Below are positions 47,577 to 57,092 of a DNA stretch of 64,000 nt, piece after piece. The position numbers were made by a program, and so were the translations under genes. Source of the stretch: Candidatus Krumholzibacteriia bacterium (GTDB lineage Bacteria; Krumholzibacteriota; Krumholzibacteriia; LZORAL124-64-63); NCBI GenBank assembly GCA_046484865.1, contig JAWOID010000053.1:12422-76421 (forward strand). The letters are read 5' to 3'. The notes below the pieces were generated by a model. That model did not search any database. It was not told the origin of the DNA and saw nothing but the letters and a program-made list of their open reading frames with translations. Position 1 is the stretch's first letter. Every line of letters begins with the position of its first letter.

Positions 47577-49658
47577 TCAGAACGGATATCCCAGGGAGAA
47601 ATGGTACATGACCTCGTCGTCCGTGAAGGTCTGATCGACCGAGGTGTAACGCGCGCGCTTCAACGGGAAGCCCACGTCGATCCGGAACGGGCCGAACGGG
47701 GTGTCCAGTCGCACTCCCGTGCCCACACTGTACCGGAAGTCCCACAGCTTGGTGGAGCCCGGATCACCGGGATCGCCCGGATCGGAGGTCAGCCGGAATC
47801 CCTTGAGGCGGATGTCTTCCAGGTTCGCCCAGACGTTCCCTCCATCGAAAAACAGCACGCCGGCGAAGTTCCAGCGCTCGAGCACGGGCAGGGGGAACCG
47901 CCACTCCAGGTTCGCCAGCAGCTGGTAGATGCCCCCGCGCGCGGGGGAGTCGGGCAGGGGCACGTCCGACCCGAACTCCAGTTCCCGCAACTCGTCCTCG
48001 TCCTGCACCTGGGGCCCGAGACTGTTCTCCCGGTAGCCGCGCACGGTGGTCCCGCCGCCGGAGAAGAAGCGGTCCTCGTAAGGCACCCCGTTGGCGCCCC
48101 TGGCGGCCGAGCGGCCGTACGGGCCGGCCGCACCCAGCCGCAGTCGTGTGGCCAGGACGCCTCCCAGGAGGGTCGGGCGGTAAGTGTGCCAGGCGCCCCA
48201 CCATTTCACGAAGCTGTTGTCGCCGCCGAAGGGACCGCCCGCCAGCTCGACCTGCGTGCTCGCCAGGTACCCCACGGACGGCCGGAACGGATCGGCGCGA
48301 TGATCGTGCAGCAGCGAATAGATGAGCGTGCGGGTCTGCGTGTCGGTGATGTTGGCGCGCTCGAACGCCTCGGCCAGGTCGGGGCCCGCATCGGGGTGCA
48401 CCGAGGAGCGCGTCTCCCTCACCTGGAACGCCAGACGGTGGTCCCAGCGCTGGGACAGCCGCCGCTCGGTGCCGAGGGCCACCGCGTAGCCGTCCAGGAT
48501 CAGGCCCGACTCGCCGCGCGTCTCCCGCTTGAGATAGCTGGAAAGGTCGATGCTGAAATCGCTGCCGATCAGGTGCGGATTGACGTACAGCGCCTCCAGC
48601 CGGTAGTTGAGGTCGCCGTCCTTCAGGGTCCGCTCGGCGCCCGCCAGCACCGGCTCGACGTTGAGATAGCCCTTTCCCTGCAAGCGCAGGCGCCGTCCCG
48701 TTCCCCAGAGATTGTTGTGCCCCCAGGCGCCGGTCAGCCGGATGCGCTCGCGGCTGCCGAGCCCCGCGCCCAGCTCGTAGAACGCAGGCCGGCGCTCCAC
48801 CACCTGCACCACCAGGTCGGCGGTGCCGGCCGCGCTGTCCACGCGCGCCGGCAGGAGGCTGACGTCCCGGAACAGCAACGTGTTCAGCAGACGCCGGCGC
48901 GAATCCTCCACGCGGTTCCAGCGGAACGGGTCGCCGGGTTCCACCCGCAACTCGCGGGCGATCAGTTCGACGTCGGTGCGCTGGTCGCCCTTGATGTCGA
49001 TGGCGCCGATGGTGTAAGCCCGTCCCGGGCGGATCCGGTACTCCAGCACGGCGCCGTAACTGTCGGGGCCCTCGGGCGTGATGGTCATGGACGGCTCGAT
49101 GGCCACGTCGAGGAAGGCCTCCGCCCAGTACATGCTGCGCAGGGCGAAGATCTCGGGGCCGAGGTCGTTCAGGTCGGCGGGCACCGGGTCACCCACCTCC
49201 AGGCGCAGAGCCTCGCCGACCTTCTCCGGCGTCAGCGGGTCGGTGCCCTCGAGCACCACCTCGCGGATCCACGTCCGCGGCCCCTCCCCGATGGAGATGT
49301 GCAGCACGTCGCCGCGTTCGGGCAGGACGGTCACCGAGTCGAGGACCACGTGCACCTGATGGAACCCGCGCCGCCGGTAGAAGCTCTCGATCAGCTCCAG
49401 CTGCCCCTCCACCAGATCGGGGCGATACCGCGGCACCGCGAGGGGATGACGCCAGTCGGGCTCGTCGATGGTCAGGACGCTCTTGATGTCGCCGGCGGGG
49501 AAGGTCCGGTTGCCGGTCAGCTCGATGCGGGCCAGACGCTCCCTCTTCAGCCCGTAGTCCAGTTCCTCGTCGGCCTGGGCGAGATGCGTACCGGCGAAAG
49601 CGGCGAACGCCAGCAGCGCCGCCACCAGCGGCGCGCGGCGAACGCGGGAAATCGGCAC
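47577..49658 (-). CDS. BamA/TamA-family Omp85 protein with three POTRA domains (TamA-like)
   Basis: POTRA patterns IELTGN...YRRRGF...EGP, IREVVLEG, IDIKGDQRT...FRDV...VVER; HNNLWGTG, FFSGGGTTVRGY, FFDGGNVW, G.GVRLDTPFGPFRIDVG, YHFSLGYPF. Start uncertain (alternatives up to 49742). Confidence 0.88.
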   Translation of the reverse strand: MPISRVRRAPLVAALLAFAAFAGTHLAQADEELDYGLKRERLARIELTGNRTFPAGDIKSVLTIDEPDWRHPLAVPRYRPDLVEGQLELIESFYRRRGFHQVHVVLDSVTVLPERGDVLHISIGEGPRTWIREVVLEGTDPLTPEKVGEALRLEVGDPVPADLNDLGPEIFALRSMYWAEAFLDVAIEPSMTITPEGPDSYGAVLEYRIRPGRAYTIGAIDIKGDQRTDVELIARELRVEPGDPFRWNRVEDSRRRLLNTLLFRDVSLLPARVDSAAGTADLVVQVVERRPAFYELGAGLGSRERIRLTGAWGHNNLWGTGRRLRLQGKGYLNVEPVLAGAERTLKDGDLNYRLEALYVNPHLIGSDFSIDLSSYLKRETRGESGLILDGYAVALGTERRLSQRWDHRLAFQVRETRSSVHPDAGPDLAEAFERANITDTQTRTLIYSLLHDHRADPFRPSVGYLASTQVELAGGPFGGDNSFVKWWGAWHTYRPTLLGGVLATRLRLGAAGPYGRSAARGANGVPYEDRFFSGGGTTVRGYRENSLGPQVQDEDELRELEFGSDVPLPDSPARGGIYQLLANLEWRFPLPVLERWNFAGVLFFDGGNVWANLEDIRLKGFRLTSDPGDPGDPGSTKLWDFRYSVGTGVRLDTPFGPFRIDVGFPLKRARYTSVDQTFTDDEVMYHFSLGYPF

Positions 49659-49740
49659 TTGCCGGCCGCGCCGCAGGATGCTACCAAGCAAGCGAGTGGT
49701 ACCGGAAAGCAGCGTCACGCCCATCGTCCCCGAGGTTTCC

Positions 49741-50259
49741 ATGTCGCGGCGGGTTCCGTTCCATGCCGGTCCGCGTTCCCGCCGGGCTCGTCCTTGCGCC
49801 CTCGTCCGACCCCTGCCGCCACTCCCCCGTTTCCGCCGCCCGGGCTCCCGCACTCGCCCGGCCGTCCGGTTCGGCGCCCTCGTGTTCGCGACCGCGCTCA
49901 CCGCCCTGGCCGGCTGCGAGCCCGGCGAACCCACGCTGGACCTGCAGGACCTCACGCCCGCGGAGCGGCGCTTCGTCACGCGCTTCGTCGTGCTCGAGCG
50001 CGCCCGCGCCGTGGCGATGGCCGACCCGGACCGGGGAGAGGCCCTGCTCGATTCCCTGGCCGCCGCCTGGGGCGACACCGCCGCCGCCGTCGCGCGGCAG
50101 AGCGTCCCCGCCGACCCTCACCGGGCCGGGGCCCTCTACGACCTGCTGCGCCGGGTGCTGGAGGCGGAGCAGGACTCGCTGGTCTTCAGTCCCGATCCTG
50201 ACCGCCTCGACGCTCCCCTGCCCCGTCCCCTGCCGCCCGCCGCCGGCGAGCAGGACTGA
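49741..50259 (+). CDS. Putative helical lipoprotein (possibly remote DUF4296-like)
   Basis: Hydrophobic stretch ending in lipobox LAGC, then an all-alpha pattern (DPHRAGALYDLLRRVL). Start uncertain. Confidence 0.6.
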   Translation: MSRRVPFHAGPRSRRARPCALVRPLPPLPRFRRPGSRTRPAVRFGALVFATALTALAGCEPGEPTLDLQDLTPAERRFVTRFVVLERARAVAMADPDRGEALLDSLAAAWGDTAAAVARQSVPADPHRAGALYDLLRRVLEAEQDSLVFSPDPDRLDAPLPRPLPPAAGEQD

Positions 50260-50307
50260 AGCCGTCCGGCTGTCGCGAACCGCGCGGGACACGGCGCCGA
50301 ACCGGCG

Positions 50308-51720
50308 CTAGTGTCCCGTCACCTTCCAGAGTTCTAGCACGACCACGAAGGTCATGAACAGCAGCAGGAAGATCAGGCCCATCTGCGTGGCGATGGCCTG
50401 CAGGCGCTCGGGTGCGGGCTTGCCGCGCACCAGCTCGTAGAGCAGGAACATCACGTGCCCGCCGTCCAGCACCGGGATGGGCAGCAGGTTGAGCAGGAAG
50501 AGATTCACCGAGAAGAAGGCGATGAACGCCACCAGGTAGTCGAAGCTCCAGCGGAGCATCTCGCCGGCCATCTGCGCGATCCGGATGGGCCCGCCGATGG
50601 CCTCCAGCCCCAGCCCGCCCGCCACCAGGTTGTAGAGCCCGCGCACGATGGCGCTGGTGGTCAGCCAGAGGCTGCGGGCGCCCAGGCCGATCGCCTCGCC
50701 CATGCTCACGTCCCGGCGCAGGAAATTGCGCTCGACCGCCAGCCGACCCTGGCCGGTGTCGGGCGGCGTCGTTACCACGTCCGGAGTGACGAGGCCGGAC
50801 ATCACCCGGCCGTCGCGCTCCCAGGTGACGGTGATCTCCTGGCCCCCGTGCTCCCGCACGATCCCGGCGAGACCCTCGAACGAGCGCACCTCCTCGCCCG
50901 CCACCGACAGGATGCGGTCGCCGCGCTGCAGGCCGAGCCGGGCGCCCGGACCGCCCCGCTGCACCAGCCCCAGCACCGTGTCCTCCAGGCGGATGCCCGG
51001 ATCCCACCGGCCCACCTCCGGTCCGGTGGGCCGCGGCAGGCGAAGCTGCACGTGCTCGCCGTCGCGCCGCACCGTCAGCGGCACCGGCGCCACGTCCGCC
51101 ACCGGCTCCGGCTCGGCGCTCAGGAGGCCGACGATCACGTCGGTCCACGAGCCGACCGGCTCGCCGTCCACGCTGACGATCTCGTCGCCGGGCAGCAGAC
51201 CGGCCTCGGCCGCCGAGGAGCCCGGCACCACCTCGCCGACCGGCGCCAGCGGCTGCACGCGCACGCCCTGCGACCAGGCGACGCCCACGTAGAGCAGGAA
51301 CGCCAGCAGCAGGTTGAACAGCGGGCCGGCCAGGAACACGAGCAGCCGCTGATAGGGCGACTTGTTCACGAAGTGGCGTTCCGGCGGGATGTGCCGGTCC
51401 TGCGCGGCCGCCTCGCGGTTGCCCTCCTCCGTGCCCAGCGGGTACTTCCGCTCGTCCCAGATGCCCGTGTCCTGGATCTCCTCCATCATCCCCTCGCCGG
51501 CCATCTTCACGTAGCCGCCGAACGGGATCAGCGACAGGGCGTACTCCGTCTCGCCCAGCCGCTTGCGCAGGATCTTGGGCCCGAAGCCGATGGAGAACGT
51601 CTTGACATAGACGCCGAAGAGCTTGCAGAAGAGGAAGTGCCCCAGCTCGTGCACGATGATGACGAGCCCCAGGGAGATGACGAAGGCGGCGATGTAGTAG
51701 GCGGCGTTGTCCAAAGTCAC
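50308..51720 (-). CDS. rseP: RIP metalloprotease RseP (M50B) with two PDZ domains
   Basis: HELGH, FSIGFGP, IPFGGYVKM, AGPLFN, GLLPGD and GLQRGD PDZ motifs, NLLPIPVLDGG. Confidence 0.95.
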   Translation of the reverse strand: MTLDNAAYYIAAFVISLGLVIIVHELGHFLFCKLFGVYVKTFSIGFGPKILRKRLGETEYALSLIPFGGYVKMAGEGMMEEIQDTGIWDERKYPLGTEEGNREAAAQDRHIPPERHFVNKSPYQRLLVFLAGPLFNLLLAFLLYVGVAWSQGVRVQPLAPVGEVVPGSSAAEAGLLPGDEIVSVDGEPVGSWTDVIVGLLSAEPEPVADVAPVPLTVRRDGEHVQLRLPRPTGPEVGRWDPGIRLEDTVLGLVQRGGPGARLGLQRGDRILSVAGEEVRSFEGLAGIVREHGGQEITVTWERDGRVMSGLVTPDVVTTPPDTGQGRLAVERNFLRRDVSMGEAIGLGARSLWLTTSAIVRGLYNLVAGGLGLEAIGGPIRIAQMAGEMLRWSFDYLVAFIAFFSVNLFLLNLLPIPVLDGGHVMFLLYELVRGKPAPERLQAIATQMGLIFLLLFMTFVVVLELWKVTGH

Positions 51721-51721
51721 T

Positions 51722-53023
51722 TCACCTCGGTTCGCGTTCGGCTCGCGAGCGATCCGTCGCGGGCGGTGTCGGATCCAGAACTGCGTGACGGCCCGCACGG
51801 ATGCGGGCCTCGCCGTCCACGGCGAGGGCCTCCTCCAGGCTGCCGACCGCCCCGTGGTGCATCTCCGTCAGCGTCGCCTCGATGACTCTCGGGATGTCGG
51901 CGTAGCCGATGCGCTCGGCCAGCAGTGCCGCCACCGCCACCTCGTTGGCGGCATTCAGGACGATGGGAGCCCGGCCGCCGGCGCGCCCCGCCTCCCGGGC
52001 CAGGGCGAGACACGGGAACCGGTCGGGGTCCGGCGCCTCGAACCGCAGCTCGCCCACCGCCAGCAGGTCCAGGCGCGGCACCGCCAGCGGCCAGCGTTCC
52101 TCGCCGGCCACCGCGTAGAGCAGCGGCAGACGCATGTCCGGGGTGCCCAGTTGCGCCAGCAACCCGCCGTCGACCATTTCCACGAGGGAGTGCACCCAGG
52201 AGCCGGGGTGCACGACCACCTCCACCTCGTCGTCGGCGAGGCCGAAGAGATGTCTCGCCTCGATGACCTCCAGCCCCTTGTTCATCAGGGTCGCCGAGTC
52301 AACAGTGATCTTGGGTCCCATGTTCCAGGTGGGATGCTGGAGCACCTCGGCGAGGCTGGCCCGGGCCAGCCGTTCCCGTGGCCAGGTGCGGAACGGTCCG
52401 CCCGATGCGGTCAGGATCACCCGCCGCAGTTCCTCGCGCCGGCGTCCGGTCAGACACTGGGCGATCGCCGAGTGCTCGGAGTCGACCGGCAACAGCTCGG
52501 CGCCTCCGGCCAGCACCGCGCGTCGGACGAGGTCGCCCCCGACCACCAGCGACTCCTTGTTCGCGAGCGCGATGCGCAGTCCTCGCTCGGCGGCCGCCAG
52601 GGTGGGCCGTAGCCCCACCGCGCCCACCAGCCCGTTGATCACGCAGGCATTGTCGGGCGCGGCGGCCACCGCCGCCACCAGCCCCTCGTCGCCGGGCGGA
52701 AGCAGGCGGCCGGCCAGGTCCGGTCGCCCTCCTGCCGCCGCGTGAGCGGACGCGTCGTGGATCGCCACCAGCGGCGCCGGCGCGTCCGGATGCAGCGCGT
52801 GCGCCTCGGCCGCCAGCGCCGCCAGCTCGCCCGTCCGGCTGCGGGCGGTCAGCGCGACCACGCGCAGCCGCGCCGGGAAACGCCGCACCAGATCCAGCGC
52901 GTGACCGCCGATGGACCCGGTGGCGCCCAGGATCACCAGGGGAATCGGTTCCGGCAGCCGTCGCGGCCGGCGGAACGGGTAGAGGGGGTGCGGTCCGGCA
53001 CTCCGGGGACCGGCGCTGTCCAT
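51722..53023 (-). CDS. dxr: 1-deoxy-D-xylulose-5-phosphate reductoisomerase
   Basis: LGATGSIG, ALANKESLV, PVDSEHSAI, TASGGPF, HPTWNMGPKITVDSA, NKGLEVIEA, NAANE. Confidence 0.96.
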   Translation of the reverse strand: MDSAGPRSAGPHPLYPFRRPRRLPEPIPLVILGATGSIGGHALDLVRRFPARLRVVALTARSRTGELAALAAEAHALHPDAPAPLVAIHDASAHAAAGGRPDLAGRLLPPGDEGLVAAVAAAPDNACVINGLVGAVGLRPTLAAAERGLRIALANKESLVVGGDLVRRAVLAGGAELLPVDSEHSAIAQCLTGRRREELRRVILTASGGPFRTWPRERLARASLAEVLQHPTWNMGPKITVDSATLMNKGLEVIEARHLFGLADDEVEVVVHPGSWVHSLVEMVDGGLLAQLGTPDMRLPLLYAVAGEERWPLAVPRLDLLAVGELRFEAPDPDRFPCLALAREAGRAGGRAPIVLNAANEVAVAALLAERIGYADIPRVIEATLTEMHHGAVGSLEEALAVDGEARIRAGRHAVLDPTPPATDRSRAEREPR

Positions 53024-53053
53024 GGTATCCTCTCTCGCCCTCCGGCCTGCAGC

Positions 53054-53935
53054 TCAGACGACGAAGAAACGGAAGTAGTAATAGAGCAACGGTGCCGTGA
53101 AGAACAGCGAATCGAACCGGTCCAGGATGCCGCCGTGTCCCGGGATCAGGACGGCGGCGTCCTTCAGCCCCACGTCTCGCTTGAGCAGCGACTCCACCAG
53201 ATCGCCCGCCATTCCGAACAGCCCCGCCGTCACTCCCAGGAGAGCGCCGGTGGTCGGAGTGACGAACCAGGCGAAGGTCTGAGCGGAGATCACGCCGGCC
53301 AGCGCGGCGCCGACCAGGCCGCCCACCGCACCCTCCACCGATTTCCTGGGGCTGATGCGCGGCGCCAGCGGGTGGCGGCCCACCGCCACCCCCACCAGGT
53401 ACGCCGACGTGTCGCCGGCCCAGGTCACCGCCGCCGCGAACAGCACCAGCCGGGCGCCGAAGTCCTCCGGGGCGCCCACCAGCGCGGGCAGTTCGCGCAG
53501 CATCACGAGGTGGCTGCCCAGCCAGCCCACGTACATCACGCCCCAGACGGTCACGGCGATGTGACCGACCGCGCCGCCCACCTCCTTGCGCAGCAGTTCG
53601 CCGGTCATGATGGCGAGCAGGCTGCCGGTGATGATGAACGAGACCGCCGCGCCGCCGCCATAGACGTACCAGCTGAGGGCCAGCGCGCAGAAGGTGCCGA
53701 GCGCGCGGTAGGGACGGAAGCCCTTCGCCTGCATCAGCGCGTAGAACTCGCGCATCCCCAGCACGATGATCAGGTTGACCAGCAGCAGGAAGAAGACCCC
53801 CCCGCGCATGGTGATGATCAACAGGCAGGGCACGCCCAGCAGAATGACCACCGCACGGGGCAGGATGTCAGCGTTGAGGAAACGCCGCGCCGTGGCGGAG
53901 CCGCGGGCCCCGTTGCCGGCAGCGCCCTGGCTCAC
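53054..53935 (-). CDS. cdsA: Phosphatidate cytidylyltransferase
   Basis: W.GDT.AY..G, ISPRKS.EG, GDLVESLLKR...KD...IPGHGGILDRFDS. Confidence 0.95.
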   Translation of the reverse strand: MSQGAAGNGARGSATARRFLNADILPRAVVILLGVPCLLIITMRGGVFFLLLVNLIIVLGMREFYALMQAKGFRPYRALGTFCALALSWYVYGGGAAVSFIITGSLLAIMTGELLRKEVGGAVGHIAVTVWGVMYVGWLGSHLVMLRELPALVGAPEDFGARLVLFAAAVTWAGDTSAYLVGVAVGRHPLAPRISPRKSVEGAVGGLVGAALAGVISAQTFAWFVTPTTGALLGVTAGLFGMAGDLVESLLKRDVGLKDAAVLIPGHGGILDRFDSLFFTAPLLYYYFRFFVV

Positions 53936-54813
53936 GGGCGCGCCTTCAGGAGGCGTCTCCAGCGCGCGGGATCGAGCAGACCTGCGTCGGTGGGGTGGTG
54001 GCCGTTGTCGCCTTCGGAGTCGGGCAGCGCCCCGAACCGGCGCTCCCGCTGCTGGAAGTCGTTCAGGGCCAGCAGCAGATCCCGGTCACCGAAGTCCGGC
54101 CAGAGCACCGGGGTGATGTAAAGTTCCGCGTAGGCGGCCTGCCAGAGCAGGAAGTTGCTCAGTCGCGCCTCGCCGCTGGTCCGGATCACCAGGTCGGGAT
54201 CGGGCAGATCCGGCGCGTAGAGTCCTCGCCGGAGCTCCTCCTCACCGATCGCGGCCGGGTCCAGTTCGCCGTCCGCGACCCGGCGGGCCAGCGCCGCCGC
54301 AGCGCGCACGATCTCCTGCCGGCCTCCATACGCCAGGGCCAGGTTCACCAGCAGCCCACGGTTGTCGGCGAGGGCCGCGATGGTCTCGTCCAGCATCCGG
54401 CGCACCTGGTCGGGGAGTTGCTCGAGCTCGCCCACCGCGCTCAGGCGGACGTCGCGACGGTCCAGTTCCTCGCGCTCGGTGGCCAGCGTCTCCTCGAGGA
54501 ACGTCCAGAGCGCCTGGACCTCGCGGGCCGGCCGGTTGAAGTTCTCCTGGCTGAAGGTGTAGAGCGTGAGCACCTCCACACCCGCGCGGCCGCACGTCTG
54601 CACGCAGCGCCGGACCGAATGGCGGCCGGCTCGGTGCCCGGCGACCCGCGGCAGCAGGCGCCGGCGCGCCCAGCGACCGTTGCCGTCCATGATGATGGCG
54701 ACGTGGCGCGGCACGTTGCCGATTCCCCGTACCAGCTCCAGGAGCCGGTCGTCGTCCAGCTCCGGGTGTGGATCCACCCGGCCGTGACGAAGAGGGCCGT
54801 GGTGTGTCGACAT
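53932..54813 (-). CDS. uppS: Undecaprenyl diphosphate synthase (cis-isoprenyl transferase)
   Basis: PRHVAIIMDGNGRWA, YTFSQENFNRP, YGGRQEI, DPDLVIRTSGEARLSNFLLWQ, LWPDF, RERRFG. Confidence 0.96.
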   Translation of the reverse strand: MSTHHGPLRHGRVDPHPELDDDRLLELVRGIGNVPRHVAIIMDGNGRWARRRLLPRVAGHRAGRHSVRRCVQTCGRAGVEVLTLYTFSQENFNRPAREVQALWTFLEETLATEREELDRRDVRLSAVGELEQLPDQVRRMLDETIAALADNRGLLVNLALAYGGRQEIVRAAAALARRVADGELDPAAIGEEELRRGLYAPDLPDPDLVIRTSGEARLSNFLLWQAAYAELYITPVLWPDFGDRDLLLALNDFQQRERRFGALPDSEGDNGHHPTDAGLLDPARWRRLLKARP

Positions 54814-54814
54814 G

Positions 54815-55372
54815 TCAGATCTCCATGATATCCGCTTCCTTCGCCTTGACGATCTCGTCGATCTCCGCGGTGAAGCGGTCGGTGAGCTTCTGGACCTCGT
54901 CCCGGTCGGCGTGCATCTCGTCCTCGGTGACGTCGCCGTTCTTGAGTTCCTTCTTCAGCGCGTCGTTCGCCTCCTGCCGCGCGCGGCGCACCGCGACCTT
55001 CCCCTCCTCGCCCACCTCGCGGGCCTGCTTCGAGAGGTCCCGCCGGCGGTCCTCGGTCAGCTCGGGGATCTGCAGCCGGATCATCATGCCGTCGTTCGAG
55101 GGATTGAACCCCAGGTTGCTGGCCTGAATGGCGCGCTGGATGTCGTTGATGGCCGTACGGTCGAACGGCTTGACCGCCAGCAGTCGGGGCTCGGGCACCG
55201 CCACGGTGGCCAGCTGCTTCAGCGGCGTCGGATTCCCGTAGTACTCCACCATCACCCCGTCGAGGATGGCCGGCGAAGCCTTGCCGGTCCGGATCTTGCC
55301 CAGCCGCTTGCGCACCGCATCGATGGCCGACTCCATGGCCAGCTCGGCGTTCTCCTTCGTCTCGGCACTCAT
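54815..55372 (-). CDS. frr: Ribosome recycling factor
   Basis: IRTGKASP, YYGNPTPL.QLA, LGFNP.NDG, LTEDRRRDL, KVAVR. Confidence 0.96.
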   Translation of the reverse strand: MSAETKENAELAMESAIDAVRKRLGKIRTGKASPAILDGVMVEYYGNPTPLKQLATVAVPEPRLLAVKPFDRTAINDIQRAIQASNLGFNPSNDGMMIRLQIPELTEDRRRDLSKQAREVGEEGKVAVRRARQEANDALKKELKNGDVTEDEMHADRDEVQKLTDRFTAEIDEIVKAKEADIMEI

Positions 55373-55465
55373 GGCGTCACTCCTTGTTCGATCCTGGCCG
55401 GTGGCCCGGCCAGGGCTCCCGGCGATGCCGGGCTTCCCGCAGGGCCGGCGCGCCGACCCGCCTGC

Positions 55466-56218
55466 TCACGGTTCGATCCAGGTGCCCAGGGGCTCGCCGG
55501 CAAGGAGTCGGTGCAGGTTGTCGGGCTGCCGGATGTCGAAGACGAGAATGGGCAGGCTCCGCTCGGCGCACAGCGTGATGGCCGTCAGGTCCATCACGCC
55601 CAGCCGGCGCTGCACGGCCTCGTCGTACGTGAGACGGTCGTAACGCCGGGCATCGGGATGGCGACGCGGGTCCCGGTCGTAGACACCGTCGACCTGCGTC
55701 CCCTTCACCAGGACGTCGGCACCGATCTCCAGCGCGCGCAGCGCGGCAGCCGAATCCGTGGTGAAGAACGGGTTGCCCGTTCCGCCGGCGAAGATCAGCA
55801 CGTGCCCCGCCTGGAGCAGCGGCAGGGCCGTCTCCCGGGTGAAGAGCTGGCCGATCGGCGGCTGCTCGCGAGGGGTGAAGACGCGCGCGGGCAGACCCTC
55901 CGCCCGCAGGTAGTCCTTGAGGATGGCCGCGTTCATCACGGTGGCCAGCATGCCCACGTGATCGGCGGTGACGCGGTCGACCACCTCGAGATTGGCGGAG
56001 CGGGCGCGGAAGATGTTGCCGCCGCCCACGACGACGGCCACCTGCACGCCGTCCTGCACGACCCCGTGCAGGGCCTGTGCCAGCCCCGCGAGCCGCTCGT
56101 GGGCGAACTGTCGCTCGCCGTCGCCGAGGGCCTCGCCGCTGAGCTTGAGCAGGATCCTGGTGAAGCGCAGGGGTGATCGGTCGGACCCTGGATCGGATGT
56201 CACGGACGTGTCGGACAC
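55466..56218 (-). CDS. pyrH: Uridylate kinase
   Basis: LLKLSGEAL, VGGGNIFR, D..GMLAT.MN, GTGNPFFTTDSAAALRA, VDGVY..DP, VMDLTA. Confidence 0.96.
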   Translation of the reverse strand: MSDTSVTSDPGSDRSPLRFTRILLKLSGEALGDGERQFAHERLAGLAQALHGVVQDGVQVAVVVGGGNIFRARSANLEVVDRVTADHVGMLATVMNAAILKDYLRAEGLPARVFTPREQPPIGQLFTRETALPLLQAGHVLIFAGGTGNPFFTTDSAAALRALEIGADVLVKGTQVDGVYDRDPRRHPDARRYDRLTYDEAVQRRLGVMDLTAITLCAERSLPILVFDIRQPDNLHRLLAGEPLGTWIEP

Positions 56219-56365
56219 CGGTCTTCCTCCGCTGCGGATGCGGACCGGCCCGCGGAGGCGGGCCGGCAGCCTGCCGTCCGGCTCACGGCCGGGCGGCAGG
56301 ACGCGCGGGGCCCGGACCGGCCGGGCCCGGATCCGGGCCGTTTCCGACCGGCCCGGACCGACGAC

Positions 56366-56959
56366 TCAGACTCCGACCTCGAAGCGCGCGAAGCGCCTGA
56401 TCTGCATGTTCTCGCCGAGCTTGCCGATGACCGACCTGAGGTAGTCCTCCACGGTCATGTCGGGGTCCTTCACGTATTTCTGCTCGAGGAGCGCCACCTC
56501 GCTGAAGTACTTGTCGACCTTGCCGTCGACGATCTTGTCGATGATGCTGTCGGGCTTGCCCTGCTCGCGCATCTGCTCCCGGAAGATCTCCCGCTCCTTG
56601 TCGACGACGGCCGGGTCGATCTCGTCACGCGAGACGGCCAGCGGGCTGGTGGCTGCCACATGCATCGCGATGTTGTGCACCATCTCCTGGAAGTCGTCGG
56701 TGCGCGCCACGAAATCGGTCTCGCACGCCACCTCCACCAGCACGCCCACGCGGCCGCCCGGGTGGATGTAGGACCCGACCAGGCCCTGCCGGGTGGTCCG
56801 GCCTTCCTTCTTGCTGGCCGACGCGATCCCCTTCTTGCGCAGCCATTCCTTGGCCGCCTCCATGTCCCCCGCGCACTCCTGCAACGCCCGCTTGCAGTCC
56901 ATCATGCCGGCATTGCTCGTGTCACGCAGCTCCTTGACCATCCTGGCGGTGATCTCCAT
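56366..56959 (-). CDS. tsf: Elongation factor Ts (short form, 197 aa)
   Basis: VKELRD...AGMMDCK.AL, LRKKG, EV.CETDFVAR, LLEQ.YVKD, IRRFARFEVG; GGAG RBS. Confidence 0.96.
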   Translation of the reverse strand: MEITARMVKELRDTSNAGMMDCKRALQECAGDMEAAKEWLRKKGIASASKKEGRTTRQGLVGSYIHPGGRVGVLVEVACETDFVARTDDFQEMVHNIAMHVAATSPLAVSRDEIDPAVVDKEREIFREQMREQGKPDSIIDKIVDGKVDKYFSEVALLEQKYVKDPDMTVEDYLRSVIGKLGENMQIRRFARFEVGV

Positions 56960-57092
56960 CGCTCCTCCGTCCTGCGACAACCGGCGCACCCGGGGGGCGT
57001 GCCGGAGGCTGTCTCTGCTGGTGATGTTTCCGGACCGTCGCGGCGCGGCGGTCACCGGAACGCGTCCGGGACCGCGTCGCGCCCGGCAGGGG

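Noticed and set aside
47577..49658. Canonical bamA call
   Set aside because: Only three POTRA-like units are visible and tamB follows directly, so no gene symbol was assigned.
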